64,000 bases of DNA from an uncultured virus (IMG/VR IMGVR_UViG_3300044640_001869). Lineage: Duplodnaviria > Heunggongvirae > Uroviricota > Caudoviricetes. A model generated the notes under the pieces. That model saw only the letters and a program-made list of their open reading frames with translations, was not told the DNA's origin and did no database searches. The stretch lies in the IMG/VR virus record IMGVR_UViG_3300044640_001869, positions 1 to 64,000 of that record; one strand, given 5' to 3'. The stretch's first letter is position 1; each line of letters begins with the position of its first letter. Below, piece after piece: positions 49,638 to 57,687 of the stretch. The translations under genes were made by a program, and so were the position numbers.

Positions 49638-49661
49638 AATTAAGAGTGTTATTTCTCTTTG

Positions 49662-49733
49662 CTGAATAATAAGGAATTGAACCTTAATCTTGAATCCGTA
49701 TTACCATCATCCGTGCACCGTACACCATACTCA
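49662..49733 (-). pseudogene. Degenerate tRNA-like element
   Basis: Acceptor, D-like and T-arm (TAAGG-TTCAATT-CCTTA) present; anticodon arm irregular. Confidence 0.45.
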
Positions 49734-49783
49734 ATCGGATGTTTCGAACCATCCATATAAAGGGTTATAACTCCTTTATTTTG

Positions 49784-49856
49784 AGCGGTAGAGAGGAATC
49801 GAACCTCCGTCCTAACCTTGGCAAGGTTATATAATAAACCATTATACGACTACCGC
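49784..49856 (-). tRNA. tRNA-Gly(GCC)
   Basis: Loop TTGCCAA. Confidence 0.9.
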
Positions 49857-50077
49857 AAGTTGTGATTACTCCATTGGGTATGTTTCATCACATTAACGTG
49901 ATGAGGCGGCCAAACCTACTAATATCACGAAGAAATTTTATATCGACTTAAAATTTCTCAAAAAATCGTCAGTTTTTATCGGTCAAAACTGAATAAACGG
50001 TTTGATACCTTGTAACCTCATTTTAAAGTGCGTGTTACAATCCTCTCTCAAACAGAACTCTACTGTGTACACTCCCG

Positions 50078-50149
50078 CGGTCTATGCGAGAATCGAACTC
50101 GCGGCACATCCGTGACAGGGATGTATGTTAGCCACTACACTAATAGACC
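50078..50149 (-). tRNA. tRNA-Asp(GTC)
   Basis: Loop CTGTCAC. Confidence 0.9.
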
Positions 50150-50348
50150 ATTTTAAAAAAACAAGTTTTTCGTGACCATTACACATCATAACCAATTTTA
50201 CTCGGTGATTACATTTTCGTCATTTGGGTAGCTAATCCCAGACTTATAGTAATTCTACCCTCAATAACTTTACTACCGCGAATCAAGTACCGTCTTGGGA
50301 TTTATAGACAGTGAGGGTTTACTCACCGTCCTCACTTGTTTTATTTAG

Positions 50349-50420
50349 TAGCGGGAACAGGATTCGAACCTGTGTCTCAGGGTTATGAGCCCAGCGGGGT
50401 GACCACTCCCCCATCCCGCG
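50349..50420 (-). tRNA. Initiator tRNA-fMet(CAT)
   Basis: C1:U72 mismatch, GGG/CCC anticodon stem. Confidence 0.88.
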
Positions 50421-50425
50421 ATATG

Positions 50426-50499
50426 TATCGCGTACGGGATTCGAACCCGTGATTTTCACCTTGAAAGGGTGACGACTTAAACCACTCGTCTAACGCGAC
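50426..50499 (-). tRNA. tRNA-Glu(TTC)
   Basis: Loop CTTTCAA. Confidence 0.9.
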
Positions 50500-50518
50500 A
50501 TTTTATTTTTTCTATTCC

Positions 50519-50561
50519 GATATGTCAAAGACCTTTTGTTTTCTTTTGTCTTACAAATCTA
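50519..50561 (-). promoter_or_regulatory. Internal -7 promoter and boxA-like element
   Basis: TAGATTTG 50554-50561; GGTCTTTGACATAT. Confidence 0.65.
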
Positions 50562-50592
50562 AGTATTTACTTTTGATTATACAAGACTTTTT

Positions 50593-51108
50593 TTAAAGTA
50601 ATTTATCCTTATATAATTCAAACAATTCGTTTATATTACTAGAACATAAAATTGGGGTTATTCTATTTATCTCATCATCATTAAAATCCCACCATTTTAA
50701 TTTTAAAAGTTTTTGAATTGTTTCATCATCAAATCTTTTACGGATAGGTTTAGCTGGATTACCTCCAACAATAGTGTAAGGTTCAACATTTTTTACTACG
50801 TGAGAATTATTTGCAATAACGGCACCATCACCAATAATAACACCTGACATTATTGTTGCATTAGCACCAATCCAAACATCATTACCAATTATAACATCAC
50901 CATTAGATGACGGATGACCCACACTAAACGAATGTGGAAATGGGAATGTTGTAATCCAATCAGGTCTATGATTACCCCCAATAAAAATTTGAATATTTGT
51001 TGCTATTGAACAAAAAGACCCTATTTTAATTGTTTTACCTTCACCCCATTCGTAAATTTTAATATTTTCAGAACCGTAAGTTTTTCTACCAACACTATAT
51101 ATTGACAT
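50593..51108 (-). CDS. CatB/Vat-related hexapeptide-repeat O-acetyltransferase
   Basis: IGSFCSIA, NH, TTFPF, IGNDVWIG, VGGNPAK, WWD. Confidence 0.9.
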   Translation of the reverse strand: MSIYSVGRKTYGSENIKIYEWGEGKTIKIGSFCSIATNIQIFIGGNHRPDWITTFPFPHSFSVGHPSSNGDVIIGNDVWIGANATIMSGVIIGDGAVIANNSHVVKNVEPYTIVGGNPAKPIRKRFDDETIQKLLKLKWWDFNDDEINRITPILCSSNINELFELYKDKLL

Positions 51109-51139
51109 AATTTTTATTTTTTATTTTTTATTTTTTCAG

Positions 51140-51213
51140 TAGTTCAGGAGGGATTTGAACCCCCAACCTTGACGATATAAGCGTCCTGCTCTCACCTGTT
51201 GAGCTACTGAACC
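51140..51213 (-). tRNA. tRNA-Ile(TAT)
   Basis: Loop CTTATAT. Confidence 0.85.
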
Positions 51214-51219
51214 ATTATG

Positions 51220-51292
51220 TATCCTCGGTGGGATTCGAACCCACAAAACCTTGTTTCTAAGACAAGGACGTATACCTTTCCGTCACGAGGAT
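51220..51292 (-). tRNA. tRNA-Leu(TAG), short variable loop
   Basis: Loop CTTAGAA; 5-nt variable region. Confidence 0.85.
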
Positions 51293-51298
51293 ATTAAC

Positions 51299-51347
51299 TT
51301 CTAAACCAATATGTCAAAGAACTTTTTTCTTTTGTCTGACAAATCTA
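51299..51347 (-). promoter_or_regulatory. -7 promoter, boxA-like element and leader helix strand (operon A)
   Basis: TAGATTTG 51340-51347; GTTCTTTGACATATTGGTTTAGAA. Confidence 0.7.
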
Positions 51348-51381
51348 ATGCTTTTATTTTGATTTACCAAACGTAGGTAAC

Positions 51382-51413
51382 AAAAAAAACCCCTCTCTTT
51401 TGGAGAAGGGTTT
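51382..51413 (-). terminator. Attenuator terminator A
   Basis: AAACCCTTCTC-CAAAA-GAGAGGGG followed by T8. Confidence 0.85.
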
Positions 51414-51437
51414 CATTTAAATTTTATGTTTAATGAA

Positions 51438-51512
51438 TTAACACACCTTCTCCGATACACAAGGATTGTCTCCCTCCGTTCTCGCTATTAGTATGTTATT
51501 CAAGTTTTGCAT
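51438..51512 (-). CDS. Leader peptide A (24 aa, MQNLNNILIARTEGDNPCVSEKVC)
   Basis: Codons match downstream tRNAs; contains GGAGAAGG (51446-51453), complementary to the terminator 5' arm. Confidence 0.8.
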   Translation of the reverse strand: MQNLNNILIARTEGDNPCVSEKVC

Positions 51513-51590
51513 AATTTTGTTATTCTTTACTAATTAAATATATCAAAGTTTTGAAAAGTGTCAACAATTGGTTTAAATTTTTTTTTATTG

Positions 51591-51673
<83 letters not shown>

Positions 51674-51744
51674 GAATATATCGTAGATTGTCCTTCACAA
51701 TTTAACGGCGGGTTTGAACTTAATCAACTCTCCTACGATATTTG

Positions 51745-51816
51745 CGCACCACCAAGGACTCGAACCCTGACCAAATGGGTTGGAACCATTTATGCTAGCC
51801 ATTACACCAATGATGC
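51745..51816 (-). tRNA. tRNA-Trp(CCA)
   Basis: Loop TTCCAAC. Confidence 0.85.
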
Positions 51817-51842
51817 AAATAATGAAACAATATATTTCATTG

Positions 51843-51916
51843 AGGACAGAGAGGGATTCGAACCCCCGGATAGTGGATTTGCAGTCCACCCCTTTAAACC
51901 ACTCAGGCATCTGTCC
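51843..51916 (-). tRNA. tRNA-Cys(GCA)
   Basis: Loop CTGCAAA, U73. Confidence 0.9.
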
Positions 51917-52026
51917 AATTAAATATTAAGTCGCGAGTAATCCATCTGTCGCTTATTACTAGAATCTTGTGGCTTACTTACTATAGTTCATACCGTTACC
52001 ACTAGGAAACCCAACTTAACATTTTG

Positions 52027-52098
52027 TAGCCCCTGTAGGACTCGAACCTACACTATCTTGTATGTAAAACAAGTACTTCACCTTTAAGCTAAAGGGCT
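52027..52098 (-). tRNA. tRNA-Val(TAC)
   Basis: Loop TTTACAT. Confidence 0.85.
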
Positions 52099-52106
52099 AA
52101 TTATTG

Positions 52107-52181
52107 TGACCCCGGTGAGAATCGAACTCACGACCCGTACATTAAAAGTGTACTGCTCTAAACCAACTGAGCTACGAAGTC
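52107..52181 (-). tRNA. tRNA-Lys(TTT)
   Basis: Loop CTTTTAA. Confidence 0.9.
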
Positions 52182-52307
52182 AAAAATAGAAGGTCACCGA
52201 TAACACCTTCCGTGGTGGGTTATTTAATGTCATTTTCTCTAATTACACCTAAGTGTCATAGTCGCAGGGTCCCACTTTACTGACAAACCCGATTCGGTAT
52301 TAAGTAG

Positions 52308-52381
52308 TCGGAATGGTAGGGTTCGAACCTACGACCTTTCACGTATCAGGCGAATGCTCTTACCAGCTGAGCTACATTCCG
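52308..52381 (-). tRNA. tRNA-Ile(GAT)
   Basis: Loop CTGATAC. Confidence 0.88.
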
Positions 52382-52389
52382 TTAATTTT

Positions 52390-52464
52390 TGGTCGGGGTG
52401 GCAGGTGTCGAACCTGCCGCCTCTTGGTCCCAAACCAAGCGTCTCACCCCAAGACTACACCCCG
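52390..52464 (-). tRNA. tRNA-Pro(TGG)
   Basis: Loop TTTGGGA, encoded CCA. Confidence 0.88.
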
Positions 52465-52474
52465 TTATTTCTTT

Positions 52475-52519
52475 CTAAACCAATATGTCAAAGACCTTTT
52501 CTTTTGTCTAACAAAGATA
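52475..52519 (-). promoter_or_regulatory. Internal -7 promoter and boxA-like element
   Basis: TATCTTTG 52512-52519; GGTCTTTGACATATTGGTTTAG. Confidence 0.65.
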
Positions 52520-52563
52520 AGTAATCATTTCCATTCTCACAATACCTTTGTAATATTTTTTTG

Positions 52564-52633
52564 TACCGAGTATGGGTTTCGAACCCACTTGACCATCCTT
52601 ATGAGAGATAGTTCTTTTCCTCTAAGCCTCGGT
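52564..52633 (-). tRNA. tRNA (CAT; elongator Met or Ile2) with atypical D-arm
   Basis: Loop CTCATAA; T-arm GTGGG-TTCGAAA-CCCAT. Confidence 0.65.
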
Positions 52634-52640
52634 GTTTCTG

Positions 52641-52728
52641 CGGAAGATGTGGGGCTCGAACCCACGCGTCATATTTCAGACCTATCACGTTAGCAATGTG
52701 ACCCCTTCACCAACTTGGGTAATCTTCC
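52641..52728 (-). tRNA. tRNA-Ser(GCT)
   Basis: Loop TTGCTAA, long variable arm. Confidence 0.9.
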
Positions 52729-52768
52729 AAATTACACCGACCTAGCTCGGTATCACACATCGGATACG

Positions 52769-52840
52769 TAGTCCCCCAAGGACTCGAACCTTGACATTAT
52801 CGTCCGTAGCGATAGGTGCTATCCATTACACCAAGGAACC
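52769..52840 (-). tRNA. tRNA-Arg(ACG)
   Basis: Loop CTACGGA. Confidence 0.88.
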
Positions 52841-52933
52841 AAATAATAAGGTTGGAGACTTATAATCGACCATTATAAGGTTCCAGCCTTATATTCATCA
52901 ATTATTAGGTTTTAACCTAATATTCACCCATTA

Positions 52934-53131
52934 TTAGGTTATTACCTTATATTGAGTTTTTCTGTAGTGTTTCCAAGTCTTATACATTCTAACTTGATAA
53001 CTCATTTTGTTTCCGTAGAAAGTAATTCCGTCATCCCAATAAATTGGATAAAAGTCATTTATCAATCTATTTCGGTATTCTCTACCATTTTGTGCTTTGT
53101 TCAGTTTTGCTCTGTTGATGTTTGTACTCAT
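52934..53131 (-). CDS. Small basic protein (65 aa) within tRNA operon
   Basis: MSTNINRAKLNKAQ...TWKHYRKTQYK. Confidence 0.6.
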   Translation of the reverse strand: MSTNINRAKLNKAQNGREYRNRLINDFYPIYWDDGITFYGNKMSYQVRMYKTWKHYRKTQYKVIT

Positions 53132-53157
53132 AGTTGTGGTTTTTAACCTACAACTTG

Positions 53158-53370
53158 TCAAATTTTTTCTTCATTTTGTTTAATGTAATCTAATGCAATG
53201 TGTATCAAACCATTGAGATATTGCCATTTAGGACTTGCGTTCGGATAATGACCGAATATCTCAACTAATTTTTCTTCTTGCCATTTCCTTTCACTTACGA
53301 TTGGAGATAACCATCGACCATTTTCTAAGTCGGAACTGATAAATGTTTTTTCTGTCTCTGTGATTTCTAA
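53158..53370 (-). pseudogene. 70-codon open frame lacking a canonical start
   Basis: LEITETEKTF...EEKI*, protein-like composition, stop two codons upstream. Confidence 0.35.
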
Positions 53371-53387
53371 GTTTTAAAAATTAATTG

Positions 53388-53462
53388 GGTGACTATTGGG
53401 ATTCGAACCCAACCTATAAGAACCACAAACTTACGTGCTCGACCACTAACACTATAGCCACC
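53388..53462 (-). tRNA. tRNA-His(GTG)
   Basis: G-1 and C73, loop TTGTGGT. Confidence 0.88.
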
Positions 53463-53542
53463 ATATAAAAACCCCACTTCATCAGCTTAACGGACTGACT
53501 GCCATATCGGAGGTGGGGGTATCCTGTTAATTCAGGACCTCG

Positions 53543-53615
53543 TGGGACAGGAGGGAATCGAACCCCCATTGCTTGTTCTTCAGACAAGTGCCTTGACCAA
53601 CTTGGCAACTGACCC
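53543..53615 (-). tRNA. tRNA-Phe(GAA)
   Basis: Loop CTGAAGA. Confidence 0.85.
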
Positions 53616-53698
53616 AATTTATTAGTTATTGATGTTGACACGGCCTTCGTGAGCCTATAAGACCATCTTTTAACGTGAAATAACTAATTGTTTTATTG

Positions 53699-53773
53699 TT
53701 GTCCCGGCAGGAATCGAACCTGCGATATCCACATTCAAAGTGTGGTGGCTCTGCCAACGTCGCCTACAGGACA
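53699..53773 (-). tRNA. tRNA-Gln(TTG)
   Basis: U1-A72, loop CTTTGAA. Confidence 0.88.
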
Positions 53774-53780
53774 ATAATGG

Positions 53781-53906
53781 TTACTTATGTAACCTTTTGA
53801 TTAATTTTCTAATTAATCTGAATTTTAGTTTAACCTCTTTAGGCTCTTGTCTTAAAAATCTTTTACTTGACTCAAATGTTCCCGTCAATACTTCTCTTTT
53901 TACCAT
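53781..53906 (-). CDS. Small basic peptide (41 aa, MVKREVLTGTFESSKRF...)
   Basis: Fills the spacer between tRNA-Ser and tRNA-Gln. Confidence 0.45.
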   Translation of the reverse strand: MVKREVLTGTFESSKRFLRQEPKEVKLKFRLIRKLIKRLHK

Positions 53907-53921
53907 AACTCTATTTTTTTG

Positions 53922-54008
53922 AGGAGAGTGTGGGACTCGAACCCACAAGACCCATTACACGTCTTACTACTTTTCAAGAGTAGCTCTTCATCCTGCCAGA
54001 TACTCTCC
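53922..54008 (-). tRNA. tRNA-Ser(TGA)
   Basis: Loop CTTGAAA, long variable arm. Confidence 0.85.
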
Positions 54009-54013
54009 TTATT

Positions 54014-54057
54014 TATCTAAACCAATATGTCAATGAACTTTTCTGTTGTCAAAGGTA
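54014..54057 (-). promoter_or_regulatory. -7 promoter, boxA-like element and leader helix strand (operon B)
   Basis: TACCTTTG 54050-54057; GTTCATTGACATATTGGTTTAGAT. Confidence 0.7.
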
Positions 54058-54091
54058 CGAATTTCATTTCGTAACTTCCAAATTTTATTTC

Positions 54092-54124
54092 AAAAAAAAA
54101 CCCCCGAACTTTTGGTTCAGGGGT
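54092..54124 (-). terminator. Attenuator terminator B
   Basis: CCCCTGAAC-CAAAA-GTTCGGGGG followed by T9. Confidence 0.85.
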
Positions 54125-54150
54125 CTTATCAAATTGTTATACGTTTATAA

Positions 54151-54270
54151 CTAACTTAATATGTTTTCTGAACCATATGACGTGATAAACCACATCGGAT
54201 ACGATACGCTACACACGCGAATCTGTTTCGATTGACTTACTTGTTTAATATGTTGTTCAGTTGTTCTCAT
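54151..54270 (-). CDS. Leader peptide B (39 aa, MRTTEQHIKQVSQSKQIRVCSVSYPMWFITSYGSENILS)
   Basis: Codons 6-29 match downstream tRNAs; TGGTTCAG (54168-54175) complementary to terminator; TAAATTTG promoter at 54297-54304. Confidence 0.85.
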   Translation of the reverse strand: MRTTEQHIKQVSQSKQIRVCSVSYPMWFITSYGSENILS

Positions 54271-54332
54271 TTTTTAATTCTTTTAATATATATCAACAAA
54301 TTTAGTAAAAGTTCTTTAGTAGTCAAGTTTTT

Positions 54333-54881
54333 TTAAAACTTTTTTTGACAATCGTCACAAAAATTTAATTTTAAGTTATCATTTTCACGAGTTTGTGACA
54401 TAACACACGTTGGGTTTTCACAGTGGTCAAGACCATAACAGTGACCCATTTCGTGTATTAATACTCGTTCAGTTGTGTTAGCTGGGTTTTTACCAATTAT
54501 AATAAGATTACCACCCAATTCACCAACACCACCAACAGGTCTTTTTTCTACCGTTGAATAACACTTGGTGTTGGTTACCAAAATTTTATTTGTGTTATCG
54601 TCAAAATCCATTAAAGACTTTTCAATATTAAGTTTACCTTCATAACATTTGTCAGGTGTTAATTCGAGTGGTTCACCAATTTTAGTTGGGATGTGACATC
54701 TTCTTTCAAGAATGTCTTTAATTCTTAACACCTCTAATTGATTGAAATCACCCAAACCTTGTATTACAATTGTGTCCCCATCACTCATACATTTCATATC
54801 AAACACATCTAAATTAGATGAATTATTTTCACAACTAAATAACGATAAACCAATCAAACCAAACATTAATAATTTTTTCAT
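54333..54881 (-). CDS. Archaemetzincin-like (M54) zinc metalloprotease lipoprotein
   Basis: Lipobox LFSC; HEMGHCYGLDHC...CVM...FCDDC. Confidence 0.85.
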   Translation of the reverse strand: MKKLLMFGLIGLSLFSCENNSSNLDVFDMKCMSDGDTIVIQGLGDFNQLEVLRIKDILERRCHIPTKIGEPLELTPDKCYEGKLNIEKSLMDFDDNTNKILVTNTKCYSTVEKRPVGGVGELGGNLIIIGKNPANTTERVLIHEMGHCYGLDHCENPTCVMSQTRENDNLKLNFCDDCQKKF

Positions 54882-54925
54882 ATCTCTTTTTTTTAATTTT
54901 AACGAAGATACTAATTATAATTCAA

Positions 54926-55123
54926 TCACACCAAATTGTTATCACTATTTTTCCATTCTTTCCAATAATCAAAATCTTTTAGGTCCTCAATAAATTTTTT
55001 AGGAACTGAAACATATTCTTCCGAATCATTAATTTCACTCATCATATTCATATATGATTGACCATCTAATGAATTACAGAATTTTCTGTGTTCTTCTTCT
55101 AACATTTCGTGAAAACTTCCCAT
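54926..55123 (-). CDS. Hypothetical protein
   Basis: 65-aa ORF. Confidence 0.6.
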   Translation of the reverse strand: MGSFHEMLEEEHRKFCNSLDGQSYMNMMSEINDSEEYVSVPKKFIEDLKDFDYWKEWKNSDNNLV

Positions 55124-55124
55124 C

Positions 55125-55301
55125 TTAGATTTTTTTAACTAAATATGTATGACCTGAATCTGAGTTAGTTTCGAAAATATCTTTCATTTTTTCGGCTGCT
55201 TCGTAAGTATCAAATTCCCAAACTTCGTGGTCTGAATTCAAAATAATAACAGGAATTGAGATTCCTTTTTTGTTCTTTACATTCTTAATTATTACGTACA
55301 T
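55125..55301 (-). CDS. Hypothetical protein
   Basis: 58-aa ORF from MYVIIK. Confidence 0.6.
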   Translation of the reverse strand: MYVIIKNVKNKKGISIPVIILNSDHEVWEFDTYEAAEKMKDIFETNSDSGHTYLVKKI

Positions 55302-55409
55302 ATTTTTTTGTTTTAAAAAGTTATAGGACAAACATAAATATAAATCCACATAAAAACAAAATTTGAGTTTTATTTTTTTTTGTCTATATTAGTTGTAAAA
55401 TTATTTAGA

Positions 55410-55901
55410 ATGGACAAAGTATTAGTATTAAATGCTGATTACACACCGATTAATGTAACTACAACAATACGAGGTTTTAATTTAGTTACTAAAGGTAAAG
55501 CCGAAATATTGAAATCAGGTGAATCACCTATTATTGCCGGGTCAACTACTCTTGTTAGACCTTTGATAATTAGATTATTATCTTATGTTAGATTTAGAGT
55601 ACGGACTTTAAAAATAAATAGACACAGGGTCTTTAGACGTGATAATCATAAATGTGCGTATTGTGGTAGTTCTAAAAACTTAACCATTGACCACGTATTA
55701 CCTAAATCAAGAGGTGGGGGAAATACTTGGAGTAATTTAGTTACTTGTTGTAAAAGTTGTAATCGAGTTAAGGATAATAAAACACCTGATGAAGCGGGTA
55801 TGAAATTATTAATTAAACCATTTGAACCATCAATATTTTCTAATGTAATTAATCCTAATATTGAAGAAATTTGGGTTGAATTTCAAAAAACTTTCTATTA
55901 A
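55410..55901 (+). CDS. HNH endonuclease (McrA/HNH_5-like)
   Basis: [37 protein letters not shown]. Confidence 0.9.
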   Translation: MDKVLVLNADYTPINVTTTIRGFNLVTKGKAEILKSGESPIIAGSTTLVRPLIIRLLSYVRFRVRTLKINRHRVFRRDNHKCAYCGSSKNLTIDHVLPKSRGGGNTWSNLVTCCKSCNRVKDNKTPDEAGMKLLIKPFEPSIFSNVINPNIEEIWVEFQKTFY

Positions 55902-55990
55902 AACAAAAAGGTGTCTCACGACACCCTTTTGTTAGATTTGCTCTCCTTTCTTTTGAAGTGTTAAGCCTTTTAGACAAATCTAAAAGATTT

Positions 55991-57676
55991 TTATTTACTT
56001 GGTATTATTTCTTGTTTAAGTTCAGAACCTAAACTACCAAAAAGTCCTCCTAAAGCACCTTTAAGTTTACCTAATGTCGGACATAAAACAGTTGATAACC
56101 CATTTTGAATACTATCAACAAATGGAACGTCATCAACAACTTCAATCACTGAATTTCTCAATACGTCGTAAAACCCACCTGTTAATCCTTTTTTATCTGC
56201 AAATTGGTTGATAGCATTTTCACCAATACCTTTTGCTAATTCAGGAACTAAAAATTCACATTTTAAAACGTTACCATTTAAAAAATCCCCTATTTTAATG
56301 TTACCTATTGTTGTTGATACAACACCACCTAACCAAGTTTTTGAACCACCAGGGACAAATTTGTCAATAATACTTTTAACTAATTTTTCTTTAAAATAAC
56401 TTATAATACCTTCACCCCCATAACCTAACGCTCCTGATAACATATCTTTAAGACCATCTTCATTAATTCTTTTTTTACCTGAATTTAATGATTCAAACGC
56501 CTCATCAATTGTTCTTATATAATTTTTAAATTCTTTAGTTGTTATTACGCTTTTTTTTTTACTCTCAGATAAGACAAATAATTTTTTTCGTAACACGGAT
56601 TTTAAATAATCATCAACTGATTCGTTCATATTTCCTTGATTTTGAGCCGTATTAACTTTATTTAATAAACCAAACGGTGAAGAATCACGTTTCAATCTAG
56701 CAATCTCATCTCCAACACCTAAAGCCCCTGTTAAAAACTTTTTCAAATCACAATTCATTGCATAATCTGTCATTTTATTTAATAATGTTGAATTAATGTT
56801 TTGTACTAAAACAGGATTTTTTCTAAATAACTGTGACATTTCGGACAAAGACTTAACAACACTTCTACACGTTTGTCTTTCAATTTTTTGAGAATCTAAT
56901 TCACCCGCAAGTTTATTAAACTTATCCAAAGGTTTTATACCTCCTAAATTTTGAAGTTTGATGTTATATACATTAATCTCACTTCTCTTTTTACCTAACT
57001 CACCTTCAATTTTTGGAATAAATGCGGCACTACCCGGTACATTTTGTAATGCAACAACTAAAGGTTGTTGAGTTTTCCATCTTTCAATATCATCCTTTTT
57101 TTCACCTGTTGGTTCGTCTAATGTAAAATTATTATCCGATAACCAATTTGCGATTTGAGGACTAACATTTGCTACAACACCTCCAATACCTTTTTGTCTA
57201 TATAAAAAGTATTTGTTTGGTACAGTAAATATTTTTTTACTTTCGGCATTCAAAGTATTCAAATCAACAGGTACAAATGTACCGGTTACAATACCTTCTC
57301 TAACACCCTTATCTTCAATTCTCATTAAAGTTTTGTCTTTAGCAATTAAACCATTAACCGCAGCTGCCATATCGGGACCCATAGGTGCGGTTACTTTCTC
57401 AGTAAATGCTTGACATTTTGCTAATCTACCTCTACCGTTTTCTTTTTTCTCGGTGTTATCAGGTAAGTTATATTTAACAAAAGTAAAATCAGGTTTGATT
57501 ATCATATAACCTTGACCAGGAAATTCTTTTTTTAAGACTTCTTGTCCATTCATAGATACAAAGGATAATCCTTGTGCATCTTCAGGACATAAACTTAAAA
57601 ATGATTTCAAATCACCTGAAGCTGTTACTGGAGTACCACCTACGTCTGTGGTTTCTTTTAAAATTATTTTTCTCAT
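55991..57676 (-). CDS. Hypothetical virion-associated protein
   Basis: Long ORF in late operon. Confidence 0.65.
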   Translation of the reverse strand: MRKIILKETTDVGGTPVTASGDLKSFLSLCPEDAQGLSFVSMNGQEVLKKEFPGQGYMIIKPDFTFVKYNLPDNTEKKENGRGRLAKCQAFTEKVTAPMGPDMAAAVNGLIAKDKTLMRIEDKGVREGIVTGTFVPVDLNTLNAESKKIFTVPNKYFLYRQKGIGGVVANVSPQIANWLSDNNFTLDEPTGEKKDDIERWKTQQPLVVALQNVPGSAAFIPKIEGELGKKRSEINVYNIKLQNLGGIKPLDKFNKLAGELDSQKIERQTCRSVVKSLSEMSQLFRKNPVLVQNINSTLLNKMTDYAMNCDLKKFLTGALGVGDEIARLKRDSSPFGLLNKVNTAQNQGNMNESVDDYLKSVLRKKLFVLSESKKKSVITTKEFKNYIRTIDEAFESLNSGKKRINEDGLKDMLSGALGYGGEGIISYFKEKLVKSIIDKFVPGGSKTWLGGVVSTTIGNIKIGDFLNGNVLKCEFLVPELAKGIGENAINQFADKKGLTGGFYDVLRNSVIEVVDDVPFVDSIQNGLSTVLCPTLGKLKGALGGLFGSLGSELKQEIIPSK

Positions 57677-57687
57677 ATTTTTTTTTA

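Noticed and set aside
50593..51108. Calling the acetyltransferase an antibiotic-resistance gene
   Set aside because: Family motifs alone do not define the substrate.
53468..53540. Hammerhead ribozyme or fluoride riboswitch (CTGATGA)
   Set aside because: The other required core motifs are not in the right positions.
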